Source: the human T2T-CHM13v2.0 reference genome, Homo sapiens
NCBI RefSeq assembly: GCF_009914755.1
Contig: NC_060929.1
Length of the DNA: 64,000 bases
Reading direction: 5' to 3' (one strand)
Shown: piece after piece, positions 1 to 14,900 of the stretch
How positions within the stretch are numbered: the first letter of the stretch is position 1
Layout of the letters: each line of letters opens with the position of its first letter
Position numbers and translations under genes: made by a program
The notes under the pieces: model-generated
Told to the model about the DNA's origin: nothing
Seen by the model: the letters and a program-made list of their open reading frames with translations, nothing else
Databases searched by the model: none

Positions 1-91
1 CTGGGAAGAGTACGGGGTGTGGGGATGGTTTGTTAATGGGAGTATAATCCTTCTCTTACTATTTAATTTTAGTGAGTAGATAGTAGGTATA

Positions 92-982
92 TATATTTAT
101 TGGGTACATTAAATATTTGAAAATAGGTGTACAATGTATAGTAATGATATGAGGGTAAAATAGGGTTTTTCTCACATCAAATATGTATCCTTTCCATGTG
201 TTACAAACATTCCAAATATAAACTTTTAGTTATTTTAAAATGTATAATAAACTAGCACTGACTGTAGTCACCCTGTTGTTGTGCTATCAAATACTAGATC
301 TTATGAATTCTATCTAGCTATATTTGTGTAGCCATTAGCCACCCCCACTTTCCCTCAACATTACCCATCCCAGCATCAGGTAAACATCATTCTATTCTCT
401 ATCACCATGAGTTCAATTGTTTTAATTTTTAGCTCCTATGAAGAAGTGAGAAGATGCTATTTTTTTTTTCTGTGCTTGGCTTATGTCAGTTAACCATGTC
501 CTCTAGTTCCATTCGTGTTGTTTCAAATGACAACATCTTATTTTTTTTTATAGCTTAATAGTACTTCACTGTGTATATGTACCACATTTTCTTTATCCAT
601 TCAACTGTTGATGGACACTTAGGTTGATTCCAAATCTTGACTATTGTGAATAGTGATGCAATATACATGGAGGTATATTGCATATATACCTTTGATATAT
701 TTATTTCCTTGCCAGCATTTGTTACTGTCTATCTTTCAGATATGAGCCATTTTAACTGAGTGACATCAAAACTCTTTCAGGGTAGTTTTGATTTGCATTT
801 CTCTGATGATCATTGATGTCGATCACCTTTTCATATACCTGTTTGACATTTGTATGCTTTCAGAAATGTTTACACAAAACTTTTGCTCATTTTTAGTAGA
901 ATTCTTAAATTTTTTGTTACTGAGTTTTTTGAGCTCTATCTAGATTCTGGTTATTATTTCAGATAAACTAGTTTGCAAATAA
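92..982 (-). mobile_element. L1MA-type LINE-1 3' end (3'UTR + end of ORF2)
   Basis: Reverse-strand L1 motifs such as tatatgtaccacattttctttatccattc, gatggacacttaggttgattcc, gttttgatttgcatttctctgatgat. Confidence 0.8.
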
Positions 983-999
983 TTAGTATGCTAATAATT

Positions 1000-2384
1000 C
1001 ATCCCTTTGAATATATCATCCCATTTTCCCTGGCCTTTAAAGTTTCTGCTGAAAAACCCACCATTAATCTGATATGGTACTACTTATAACTGACTAGTTG
1101 ATTTTCTCTTACCATTTCAGAATTCTTTGTCTGACTTTTGGCAATTTGTTTACAATGTGCCAATAAAAAGATCTTTTTAAATTTTCTATTTTGACCTCTG
1201 AGCTTCCTGTATATAAATATCTCAATCTCTTGCTAGACTTGAGAAATTTTCAGCCATTATTTTGTTGCATTGGTTTTCTATTCCTTTCATTTTTTTCATC
1301 TCCTTCAAGGACACTAAAAATTAGAACACTGATTCCTTTATGATGCTCCATATGTCATGTAAAATTTATTCATTTTTAACCACTTTTTTCTTTATTTTTT
1401 CCTTTTTGACTCTGTTATGTTCAAAGGCTTACCTTCAATTTCTGGCATTCTTTCTTATTCTTGACCTAGACTATTGCTAAAGCTTTCAAATGCATTTTGT
1501 GTTTTACTCAATAAATTCTTCAGTTTCAGGAACTCTCTTTAGTTCTTTATTATAATATCTAATCTCTTCATACATTTCTTATTTATATCCTGAATTGTTT
1601 TTCTGATTTATTTGTACTGTACTGTTTATCTGTGTTCTCTTCTATCTCATTGACTTTTTGTAATTACTATTTTTTGAATGTTTTTCAGAATATTATTATA
1701 TTTTTAATTGGAATCTATAGCTGGAGACTTATTGTGTTTCTTTGGAGCTGTCATATATACTTGCTTTTCCATTTCTTCTCATTTCTTACATTGGTATTTG
1801 TGCATCAAGTTTAATAGTTGCTTCATCCAATTTAAAACATTTGCTTTCATAAAGGAGGATTTTTTTCCTGAGCACATATCTATAACATTGGATGGGTAGA
1901 GTACTTTGACTTTGATTCTAGGTGGGCACAGCGGTGTCTTTATATAATTGTTTTTCAGCTCCAAAAAAGTCAGTGGTGTCTGTAATTTCCTCAGTGGTTT
2001 AGGCTGTAGTCGTTATTGGGAGGCTGTGGTGAAGTCTTGCAAGGGGTGGGAATGCCAGTAGGCCAGTCCTCAGGCTCCAGTCATGACAATACTGCACCAA
2101 GTTTACTTGTCTTTGGGGTCCAGGGTGGCATACCCTGGTATCATTGTTATCAAGTTCAGATGTCAAATTCTTGGGCCTCCAAAAATTTTGCTCAGGAGCC
2201 AGTGGTAGTGGTGGGCCAGGTGGCCTTGTGGGTATTCAGCCCCCTGGAAAGTGCCCATGGCATGGGTGATGGCACTAACAGTGGTGGGAGGAACTTCTGG
2301 CTCCCAAATGATCCATACTGGTGTTTATGGTGACTGTGATGTGCTGGGTGGGCCTGTCCTCAGGCCTGCAATTGGGGTGTGTGT

Positions 2385-2445
<61 letters not shown>

Positions 2446-3448
2446 GGCTGTGGTGGCAGCAGCAGTTTGAGTCGGCTCAACCTCAGGCACCTGGGGAAAG
2501 TTCTCGGGTACCAGTGCTGGTGGATGGGACAGGATGATCCACAGACCCCTGGATAGCGTGCTTGGGTACTGGTAGGAAAAAAATTGGCCTGGGTGGAACT
2601 GCTTTCAGGCTCCCTGATGATATGTGTCAGCACTGGCTTTGGTGGGATAATTCAAAAGCCCTTTGCAAAATGCTTAGGTGGGGCTATAGCAGCTGCTCTG
2701 CACACCAGCTGCTGATGAGGGTAGGGTGACTTTCAGTGATGGGAGCCATAGACAGGTGGCTTGGGAGCTTGGACCCTAGTAATAGCAGCCAGCAGTAGGG
2801 ATGGCTGAAGGTGGGAGAGTGTCATCAGGACATGTAAAAACGCAGACCTGCTCTGCTTCTGGGAGTAGTGGAGTCACTGCCAATGGCTTGCAATTTGGCA
2901 CTGGTGGCAGCAGCCAGTTTGGTGGTGACTGCAGTTGGCAGATGTCAATGGGCTACAGGGATGTAGAGATGCAGGGAGTATAGGCCAAGGGCAGAAGGCA
3001 GTCTACTGTGAGCTAGGGTCTCAAAATAGTGCATTGCTGTGACTGCTTAGGAATTAGGGAATGCATGGGACCCAGTGCAGGCTTCTTCTCTGGAGCAATG
3101 CCATCACATAGTCTTGGGAAGCTCCCTATGTTAATTGTAGAGACTGAAAGGGTTGACGGGCTCCCTGATGGCTAGAATTGTAGGAGTTTGTGCTGGGAAT
3201 GTGGGCCACTGGGGTCTCTCACTCTTTCCTACATTGTGGAGGCTCTCTGGGTTCTTAGCTGATCCCAGCTGAGCAGGATGCCTAGCTTTTTTTCTCCTTT
3301 CTTGCCTTGGGTTTTTCTTGTCACTTCTCTGTTCAATTCCAGTATTCCCCTTAGAAAATTTATTAAAAGTGTGATTACTTATTGTTTTTGTTCTTCTTGG
3401 CAGAGGAGGCAAATACAAGATTCCTTTAATCAGCCATTTTGATGCCAG
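1000..3448 (-). mobile_element. Old LINE-1 5' part (ORF1 remnant + GC-richer 5'UTR)
   Basis: ORF1 reverse motif gaatatatcatccca...ggcctttaaagtttctgctgaaaaa at ~1010-1060; ends cagccattttg (rc caaaatggctg, L1 5' start YY1-type motif) at ~3431-3441. Confidence 0.7.
2377..2444. repeat. (GT)n microsatellite followed by short (GC)n
   Basis: Directly visible. Confidence 0.97.
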
Positions 3449-4289
3449 CTACATGAATGTATATATAATCCAGCTCTTTAATTGTATTATTGTAATTTTT
3501 TTCTACTTTGTATAACCTCATATCTCTGTTTCACTTTCTCAAATGACTTTATTAAAGAAAACATTTTAAGGTGACTTGTTGCAATATCATATGTAGTAGG
3601 AATACACACACACACATACCCTAAGTTTCTGTCATTAACAAACAGAAAAATTATCATCAATGCATTTAGTAAAATAATTTACATGATTTGAAGCTCTAAA
3701 TAAATGAATGATACTGAATTATTGTAAAAAATGCACAATGCACAATAATGCCTTTTGGTATAGCATTTAAAAAACACAAAAACAAGGAATCTATATAAGA
3801 ACTCTCACTTGTATACATGCTAATTACTCATATGAATAATGACTGCCTCCAATAAAAGGTTCGAGAAAACTTTAAAACTGGGGAGAAAGAGTAACTTATT
3901 TTGCACTGTTTACTCTTTTAAATACTCTTTATTTTTTAACAAATGTCTATACTATCTACTCAAATCAGCAAAATATAAATATAAGGAAATCTAGTTATTT
4001 AAAACATAATAAAGACATTCATTTGACAAGCCGAACTGCTTCTGCTTTTCCTGGGCATTGCATGTGGCTTCTGAATAAAGATGTCAGTGTGTGAGACAGA
4101 GATGGAAACAAGATAGACGGGCCTCCCTTCTAGATATGTATAGAGCTTTCCTCTCCATATGCCAGTGACTAGACTCTGACTTGCTTCTGCCTCTGATGCC
4201 ACTGTTTATTCAAGGAGATTATAATGGTAAATCCCCATTTTTACCTACAATAGCATTTAAATCATCAATAATGTTTCTAAGACTGGAAA

Positions 4290-4510
4290 GTATATATACA
4301 CTCAAGTATATATCAGTATATATATGTATATATTTAAGTAGGTATAAGTATATATACACATATATATTTGAATATATATAAAAGCATATGTATACATATA
4401 TTCAGGTATATACAAGTATATAGATATATATTCACATATGTACATATGCATATGTATACATATATTCAGGTATATATAAGTATATAGATATATATTCACA
4501 TATGTACCAT
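4290..4510. repeat. TA-rich low-complexity tract including a 64-bp-period tandem duplication
   Basis: gcatatgtatacatatattcaggtatata... starts at 4384 and again at 4448. Confidence 0.9.
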
Positions 4511-4663
4511 TCACATATGGAAGGTACATAATCTCAGCTTTTATCTTGCCATAGATATGTGTAAAAGTTTTATTCAGTCACTGAAGGATGGAGTGAAAAT
4601 ACACTATAGAGAAACACTCTTCTAGAAACATCAATTTGTTCATGAAGTTCAGAACTAAACTTT

Positions 4664-5033
4664 TGCAATGGACTGGTGTGTTCCCCCAATTCATATATTG
4701 AAGCACTAACCCTAATGTTATTGCACTTGGAGATAGGACATTGAGGAGGTAATTAAAGTTTAATGAGGCCACAAGAGAAACAACCTGATCTGATAGCTTT
4801 AAAGCTCTTACATGAAGAGGAGAAGGGAGGGATCTCTCTCCATCTCTCTCCATCATACATGCAAACAACAAGGAAGCTACAGCCTGCAAGCCAGAAAGAG
4901 AGCTCTCACCAGGAGCTAACATGGCCCAGTCCTTGATCTTGGACTTCCCAGGCTCCAGAAGAGTGAGAAATAAATGTCTGTTAAATCATCCAGTTTATGG
5001 TATTTTGTTATAGCAGCACAAGCAGATTCATAT
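4664..5033 (+). mobile_element. MaLR solo LTR, MLT1A/B-like
   Basis: ccccaattcatatattgaag...ccttgatcttggacttccc...aataaatgtctgtt...tattttgttatagcagc. Confidence 0.8.
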
Positions 5034-5061
5034 AATTGGAATAAAAAGTAAGTTTATACTT

Positions 5062-5358
5062 GGCCGGGCACAATGGCTCACACCTGTAATCCTAGCACTT
5101 TGGGAGGCTAAGGCAGGAGGCTTGCTTTAACTCAGGAGTTCAAGACCAGACTGGGCAACCTGGTGAAATCCTGTCTCTACCAAGAATACAAAAAATTAGC
5201 CGGGTATGGTGGTGGGAACTTGTGGTCCCAGCTATTCATGAGGCTGAGGTGGGAGGATGGCTTGAGCCTGGGAGGCAGAGGTTGCAGTGAGCCAAGGTCA
5301 TACCACTACATTCCAGCCTGGGTAACAGACCAGGATTCTGTCTCAAAAAGAAAAAAAA
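5062..5358 (+). mobile_element. Alu, AluJ-like
   Basis: Full dimer with J-type ggaggatggcttgagcc; A-tail; ttatactt repeated on both sides (TSD). Confidence 0.92.
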
Positions 5359-5850
5359 TTATACTTTATCAAACTGAGAACAAAAAAGGATAAGAAAAAT
5401 GTACAGTTAACAAAATAGTAAATGTGTGTATATGAGTAAATGCAAATTAAATAATTTTAGTATAGTTCTTTAAAATTCAAATGTTAAATATAAAATGTAC
5501 TTACTGTGAATTATGTATTACTTGAAAGATAAAACACACTGAGGCTAAGCAGATGACATTGTAATATTGTTTTTGAAGTTGAAACAATATTTACAAAGTC
5601 AAATAATCATAAAAATAAGAATGAAAAATAATAAACAAATTCATTTTATGGAAAATATTGTTTTTAGAATGTTAAGAAAAAGAGATATTTTTCTCATTAC
5701 ATATTGTTCCTCTGATATCTGAAGTTTCAAATGACTTCCAAATTTTAAATTACTTGTGAAGTTACTATTTTGTATTTGGTATATTTTTTTTCATATATAC
5801 ATTTTTTTTTTCAAATAGACATGCAATATACATATATATTTTTTAAAATA

Positions 5851-6182
5851 AAGTCATGTATCTCCTAATGATAAGAAAACATTTTGAGAAATGCCTCACT
5901 GAGTAATTTAAATGTTGTTCAAGCATAATGGAATATACTTACACAAACCTAGGTGATATAACTGAATATATACATAGGCTATATGGTACAGCCTATTGCA
6001 TCTAAGCTACAAGGCTGTATAGCATGGTATTATACTGAATACTGTAGGCAATTATAACACAATGGTAAGCATTTGTGTATTATATAGAAAGGGTACAGTA
6101 AAATTATACTATTATAATCTTATAAGATCATTAGTGTATATTTGCTTCATTGTTGACTAAAATGTTATGCAGCACATGATGT
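5851..6182 (-). mobile_element. Tigger3a/MER7-like TcMar DNA transposon fossil
   Basis: acacaaacctagg, ggctatatggtacagcctattgc, actgaatactgtaggcaattataacacaatggtaag; degenerate TIRs agtcatg...catga. Confidence 0.85.
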
Positions 6183-6491
6183 TTATACACATTCAGTCAC
6201 ACACAAACACACACATATATGTACACACACACATACACTTGTCAATACAATAATGAAATCATTGTAGAGAAAATTTGGGGGCTTTTTGCAAAATAATACA
6301 GTCATCTGGAGAAGTCTAAAAATAGACTTTGCACCATTGTTTATTGCTCATATTAATTTGCTCTTACATTTTTAAGGGTGTGTTATGATGTATCACAGAG
6401 AAAATTGATCATACTCCATGGATATTTAAAAAACACATTTATTATGATTTTGACTAAAATCCTCTGAAATTAAATTATTCAAGAGTTAATA

Positions 6492-6927
6492 TGTGACTGG
6501 GTGGTTTAAATAGCAGAAATGTGTGTATCACAATTTTGGAGACAAGAAATTCATGATCAAGATACCAGAAAATTTGGTTTTTGGTGAGGAATCATTCCTG
6601 GCTTGTAGATAGCTGCATCCCTCTATGTCCTCACATAAACTTTCCCTGTGCATGAGCATGGAGAGTGAGAGCAAGATCTCTGATGTCTCTTCTAAGGACA
6701 TCAGGCCTTACTACCCTGGGCATTTTTTTTGCAGAGAAAAATAGGTTTTAATTAGTATTTAATTTTTTAAAAAATTATTTTTTCCCTCGAATCTGGGCTT
6801 TACGCTTATGACCTCATTTTTTAAAATTTTATTCCTTGAGAAGCTCCATCTACAAATACAGCCACACTAGATGTGAGGTCTTTAACATATAAATATTAGG
6901 GGCATGAAAACTTTCCACTCTGTAGCA
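6492..6927 (-). mobile_element. MaLR LTR, MLT1A/B-like, interrupted by an 80-bp insert at 6708-6787
   Basis: gactgggtggtttaaatagcagaaat...cctggcttgtagat...aaggacatc [insert] gggc...atgacctcattt. Confidence 0.75.
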
Positions 6928-6929
6928 GT

Positions 6930-8732
<1,803 letters not shown>

Positions 8733-9478
8733 TATATCAGTCTGAGTTTGCCAAAGAAACAGATCAAGTAGGATGTATATAATAAAGTCAGCCTTCCATA
8801 TTTGCAAGTTTTACATTCATGAATTAAACCAACAGGGGATTGAAAATATTTGGAAAAATACACCAATGAACAATAGCAATACAACAATACAAGTAATGTA
8901 AATAAAAATAGAGTATAAAAATTATTTGCATGACATTTTCATCATATCTGGTTACATAAGTAATCTAGAGATAAGCAAAGTATACAGCAGGATGTGGATA
9001 GGTTATATGCAAATGCAAATACTGCACCATTTTATGTAAGAGACATAAGCATTCTCATATTTTCGTATTTGAGGAGAACCAATCCCTTAGAACTGTGGTG
9101 GGACAGCTGTATATATGTATACACACATTTATTTTAAGGAATTGGATCAAACAATTATAGAGGCTGTCAAACCAAAGTCTTCAGGGTGAGCAGACATGTT
9201 GGAGACAAAGTGAAGACAAATGGAAACTGAGAGGAAGGTCACCTACTGACATAATTTCTTCTCATTTGTGAGAGGTCAGTCTTTTTTCTATTTGGGCATC
9301 TAACTGTTAGAATGAGGCTCACTCACACTAAGAAGTACAATCTTCTTTACTCAAAGTCCATGGATTTAAGTGTTAGTCTCATCCAAAAATACCCTTACAG
9401 GAACTTCCAGAATAATGTTTGACCAAATAACTAGCCATCATAACCTAGACAAGCTGACACATAAAAATAACCATCATA
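8733..9478 (-). mobile_element. MLT2-type LTR (5' LTR of the ERVL), split by MER2
   Basis: gaaacagatcaagtaggatgtatat ... atttattttaaggaattgg ... gctgacacataaaaataaccatca. Confidence 0.8.
8785..9109 (-). mobile_element. MER2 (TcMar-Tigger) fossil
   Basis: taagtaatctagagata...aagtatacag...ggttatatgcaaat...ccattttat...gaaccaatccc; TA on both flanks. Confidence 0.85.
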
Positions 9479-9839
9479 CCCTACTTTAACATATAGCATA
9501 AAATTTTATATTTTTTCTTTATATACCTAATGTCTTTTTTTATTTCAATAGGTTTTACTATCCTGAGCATTTTTTTTGCAGAGAAAAATAGGTTTTAATT
9601 AGTATTTTTCTTTTTAAATATTATTTTTTCCCTTTCTCTATTAGGTGAAATTATATTTTCTCTTTTTATATAAAGGCCTTTAGCATATGTGTTAGTCAGC
9701 CTTTTTCCATGGTAAAGAACAACCCCCAATCTTATTAGCTTAGAAAAAAACAAAAACAAATGTTTATTTCTTCTCCTGATGACTGAAGTTCTGTTGAGTT
9801 CTTGTTGACTCCACAATTTCTTTAATTCTAGAACATTGG

Positions 9840-10080
9840 CCAGAAAAAGCATCTACTCTCTGAGACATGATATTGTTCCTGAAGTAAGCTCGAGGGTCAA
9901 GCATATTATAGTTCTTCTTGAAGCCTTTATTTAGGAGTGAGCACACTTCTCTTCTTGCCACATCCTGTTGGTCAAAGCCATTTACATGGACAAATCCAGA
10001 GTCAATGGGATGGGGATGTTTACTATTTCTAGTCTACTGGAAAGAAAGCACTGCAGAGTCCCATAGCAAAGATCAAGGAG
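9840..10080 (-). mobile_element. Old MaLR LTR fragment (MLT1H-K-like)
   Basis: cttgccacatcctgttggtcaaagc...catggacaaatccagagtcaatgggatgggga. Confidence 0.55.
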
Positions 10081-10454
10081 GTACAATACTATGTTTAATT
10101 AGTAGCTAACAGTGGATAGTAATCCAGTCACTTAAAAAAATTAAATGCAGAGCCTTAACATCTTAATAAGTAGGAGATTTATTAAATATTTTCAAATTTA
10201 CACTGGTTTTTCTTCTGAAAAATACTTTACATCAATTCATGATGGAAGCATAGCATACTGACTAACATGACTAACTTTAATACAACATAAAATAGTTAAG
10301 TCTAATGGGGGGTTAGGGGAATCTAAAGTCACATAGTGATTAAAAATTATTATCAGTAATAGTCCTGCTTATTGACTATTTACATTATTTCTCTCTCTTT
10401 TATAGGCCTAACTTGCATGTTCTTATACAATTATCATAAAATTTATATTAAGCA

Positions 10455-10570
10455 ATTACTTTTAATAGCTCAATTTTTAAAATGAGAAAACTGAAGCAAC
10501 AAAAGCTTATCTAAATGCTCATGATGAAGCAGATAGCAGCAGAATCAGAATTCAACTCCAAGCATGTAAG
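10455..10570 (-). mobile_element. MIR fragment
   Basis: tttttaaaatgagaaaactgaagca...agaatcagaattcaactcca. Confidence 0.5.
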
Positions 10571-11959
10571 AGCCACAGTAGTACATTATTGCTGCTGTAA
10601 TATAGTACAGGAAGTTATAAAATTCCATCTTATTTTGAATACAATAAAAGCAACCATATGCTTTCACATTAGCTATGCATGATTAAAGCTTAGAGATTAC
10701 ATACTTGAGATTTAGTTATTTCTTCTTAAAAGTATGTGAAAATATGGATGCATCAAGCCCCAAGATAACTTTTTTTAAAGACCCTTGAAGACAAACTTGA
10801 TATAGAAGGAAATATACATTTAATTTAGAAGGATGTGTTTCACATAAGGATAAGATGCTGGAGTGATTGATCTTACATTTACAGTTTTAAATTTAGGTAA
10901 TAGATGATTTGTCCTAATCAGAATCCACAGGAGTTATTTTTAAAGACATTGCTATCATTCATCTCATTAGTTTCTCTCAGGTATTTATGTAATACATTTC
11001 TATCTGTCATGCACATTGATTAAGAGACAAAAAGTTAGCTGTAAATGTGTTTTCAAGATTATCTTTAGAAAGTTAAATTTTAGCACATGTGTTAATGAGA
11101 CATTTTTTTAAATCATTAGTTTTCTTTAAAAAGCTAACAGCAAGATATTTATATAGGTATTAAAATAAGAATCTTATGTAACAACATATGCTGTATGAAT
11201 TTAAATCTGCTAAATTATATAAAAGATGCTACTTGAGTAATATATTGCTGGCAATGAGAATATAATAGCTTAAGTCTTTAAAGTTGGATTGAAAAAGTAC
11301 TAAGAGCTCTGGGGTATTTTTGGAAAAAATGTATTAAGCCTATAGATACTTTAGAATGTTCTATTGGGAAAATAATAATTTTTTCATTTGACATATCTGG
11401 TATATCCATTGACACTCCTGAGTCATCCTATTAAATAATCTGCTGTATCTTCAACTGTCTCTTAGGTCTCTTCTAGGTAGTCCATAAGTAAATTATGTAA
11501 AAACATATAAAATAAAAATAAACACATACTCAGGGATTATTAGTGACTTACATAATGTCCCAAATTTGATAGTGGAAATGGGTTTAGAAAATGGAATGTT
11601 AGGTAAGCATATTAGGTGTGGTATTGTTGTATATACTACAAAGAAGAATTTTTGCCTACTTTTGAACACCTCTTAAAATATTCCTGATAACAAGGCTAAC
11701 TTCAGTGTTCTTATATACATTTTATAATTATTATTATACACTTTAAATGGTTTTAAGAAATTGTGTGAACAACTCCATAACAGTGATCACTTTTTATGCA
11801 TTCATTCTAAATGATGCAGCATTTCATTCTTCCTATAAAGGAGAAAGAGTAAGTTTATTTGATTGGTTGCAAATCAGTTTACACAAAGTTAACATTTGAG
11901 AAAAAAGCTTGCATTATCTTTTATTATACCAACTAGAGAAATAAATATCTGTGGAACGA

Positions 11960-14900
11960 AGTCTGGAAAAATGGCTGATAGGAGACAAAACTAACTTTCA
12001 GTTCTCACTTGGATGGACACAGCAGCATGTGGAGATTCACACTGTGAACTTTTGCTCCAAGAACTACCACTGAAACATACCAGGAAAGCCAAGAGAATCC
12101 ACAGACCCTTTGAAGGAAGCAGCTTAACACTGCAGGCTCCCTGAGACAACCAAAAAACTGTGATTGTTCAAAGTGTGGGAGGGGAACTGTCCACCCTTGA
12201 ACACACATCCTCACTGGTGAACCTGAACATTGAGACCTGGGAGATGAATTTGACCATACCTGAAGCTGAGAAGAATTTAGGGAGCTGAGCAAAATATAGG
12301 GGTAGAGGAAACAGTGGGAAGAGCCTTGTGGGCACTCTCAGTCCCCAGGGTAGCCATTTCTGACTGTGGCTCAGAGGAGTTCTTGGGAAGGGCTGTCAGT
12401 GGAATTGGTGAGACCACAGGGAGAAAAAAATGTCAGCTGAACTTTGTAACAATTTACACCAAACGTGAAGTTTCCTGGACAGACTATGGGGGAGGAGGTG
12501 AATGGGGAGTGCAGATACAAGCACAGAAGCCATGGCAGGCAGGGTGGTGTGAAAACTGAAAGCTCTGCTTGCCTTCTCAGTGGGGAGGCTTGTAGCCTAG
12601 GGAGAGTTCTCAGCCCTGCTCACCAGCTGCCTGGAAATAAACTCAGTTCCATGAGGGGGGCACAGTGCAAGTGAGACCAGCCTTTTGGTCTATGTGGGAC
12701 CTGGGTAAGGCCTGTTACTGTTGGCTTTTCCCTACTTCCCTGGTGACCTGTATGATGCAGCAGAGGCAGCCATAATCCTCCTGGGAACATAACTCCGTTG
12801 GCCTGAGAACCACTCCCTCATCCCCCACAGTGGCCACGCCAAGCCCCACCCAAGGAGAATCTGACTTCAGCTACAGCAAAAACAAAGGAAACAATCTCTT
12901 GGGATCTGATTTCCCCTCCTCTGACCACCTAAAAAACCCAAATACTTATCCAAGCAACACTAGGGCAAGCTTGTATCCTCCCTGTGCTACAACAGCTGAT
13001 GCCCTCTTGAAAGTGCCACCTCCTGGCTGGAGGCCAACCAACACAAAACCAGCCCACTAAACAAAAACACAACTGTGGACCCTCAAAGAGTCCATTTCAC
13101 TCCCCTACTACCTCTACCAGAGCAGGTGCCGGTATTCATGGCTGAAAGACCTGAAGGTGAATTACATCACAGGACTCTTTCCAGACACTCCCCGGTACCA
13201 GCCTGGAGCTCCGTAGCTTCACTGAGTGGCTAGATGCAGAAGAGAAATAATAATCACTGCAGTTTGGCTCACAGGAAGCCCCATCCCTAGGGGAATGGGG
13301 AGAACACCACATCAAGAGAGCTGCCCGTGGGACAAAAAAAAAAAAAAAAAAAATCTCAACAGCAGCCTTTGATCCTGAGCTCTTCCCTCTGACATAGATG
13401 ACCCAAATCAGAAGGAAGCAGAAAAACAATTCTGAAAATACAACAAAACAAAGTTCTTTAACACCCCCCAAATATCACACTAGCTCACTAGCAATGAAGC
13501 CAAACTAAGAAGAAATCTCTTAATTGTAAAAAGAATTCAGAAGATCAATTACTAAGCTCATCAAGGAGGCACCAGAGAAAGGTGAAGTCCAACTTAAAGA
13601 AATTTAAAAAGTGTTACAGGATATGAATGGGAAAATCTCCAGAGAAATAGCATAAATACAAAACAATCACAACTTCTGGAAATGACACACTTAGAGAAAT
13701 GACAAATGCACTGAAAAGTCTCAGCAAAAGAATTGAACAAGTATTACATTGGTTCAGAAGTAATTGCAATTTTGCGCCAGCAAAATTGAGAAAAGAACTT
13801 TTGAGCTAGAAGACAAGGCTTTTGCATTAACCCAATCCAACAAAGAAAAAGAATCAAGAAAAAAAATGAACAAAGCCCCCAAGAAGTTGAGGATTGTGTT
13901 AAATGATCAAGCCTAAGGAAAATTGGTGTTTCTGAGAAAGAAGAGAAATCTAAAAGTTTGGAAAACGTATTTGAAGGAATAATTGAGAAAAACTTCACTG
14001 GCCTTGCTAGAGATCTAGACATCCAAAGACAAGAATCTGAAAGAACACCCAGGAAATTCATAGCAAAAAGATCATTGCCTAGGCACACAGTCATCAGATT
14101 ATCTAAAGTCAAGACAAAGGAAAGATTCATAAGAGCTGTGAAGCAAAATCATCAGGTAACCTATAAAGTAAAACCTATTAGATTAACAGCAGATTTCTCA
14201 GCAGAAAACCTATAAGCTTGAAGATATTGGAATCCTATCTTTACCTTCCTTAAACATAACAATTATTAGTCAAGAATATTGTACCCAGTAAAACTAAGCT
14301 TCATAAATGAATGAAAGAGACAGTCTTTTTCAGACAAACAAATGATGAGAGAATTTGCCATTATGAAGACATTATTACAAGAATGGCTAAAAAGAACTCT
14401 AAATCTTGAAACAAATCCTCAAAATACACCAAAATAGAACTTCCTTAAAGCATAAACCTCACAGGACCTATAAAACAATAACACAATAAAAAACCAAAGG
14501 CACTCAGTCAAAAAATAGCACAATGCATAGAATAGTACCGCACATCTCAATTCTAACATTGAATGTAAGTGGCCTAAACGCTCAACTTATAACATGCAGA
14601 ATGGCACAATGGATAATTCTCCAACCAAGCATCTGCTGTCTTCAAAAGACTCACCTAAAACATAACCTTAAGGGAAAGGGGCAGAAGAAGTTATCCCATG
14701 CAAATAGACACCAAACACTAGCAGGAGTAGTTATTCTTATATCAGATAATACAAGATTTAAAGCAACAACAGTAAAAAGAGCAAAGAGGGACATTATATA
14801 ATGATTTAAAAAAAACTAGTCCAAGAGGAACATATCACACTTCTAAATATATATGCACCTAACACTGGTGTTCCTAAAGTTATAAAACATTTACCGTTTG

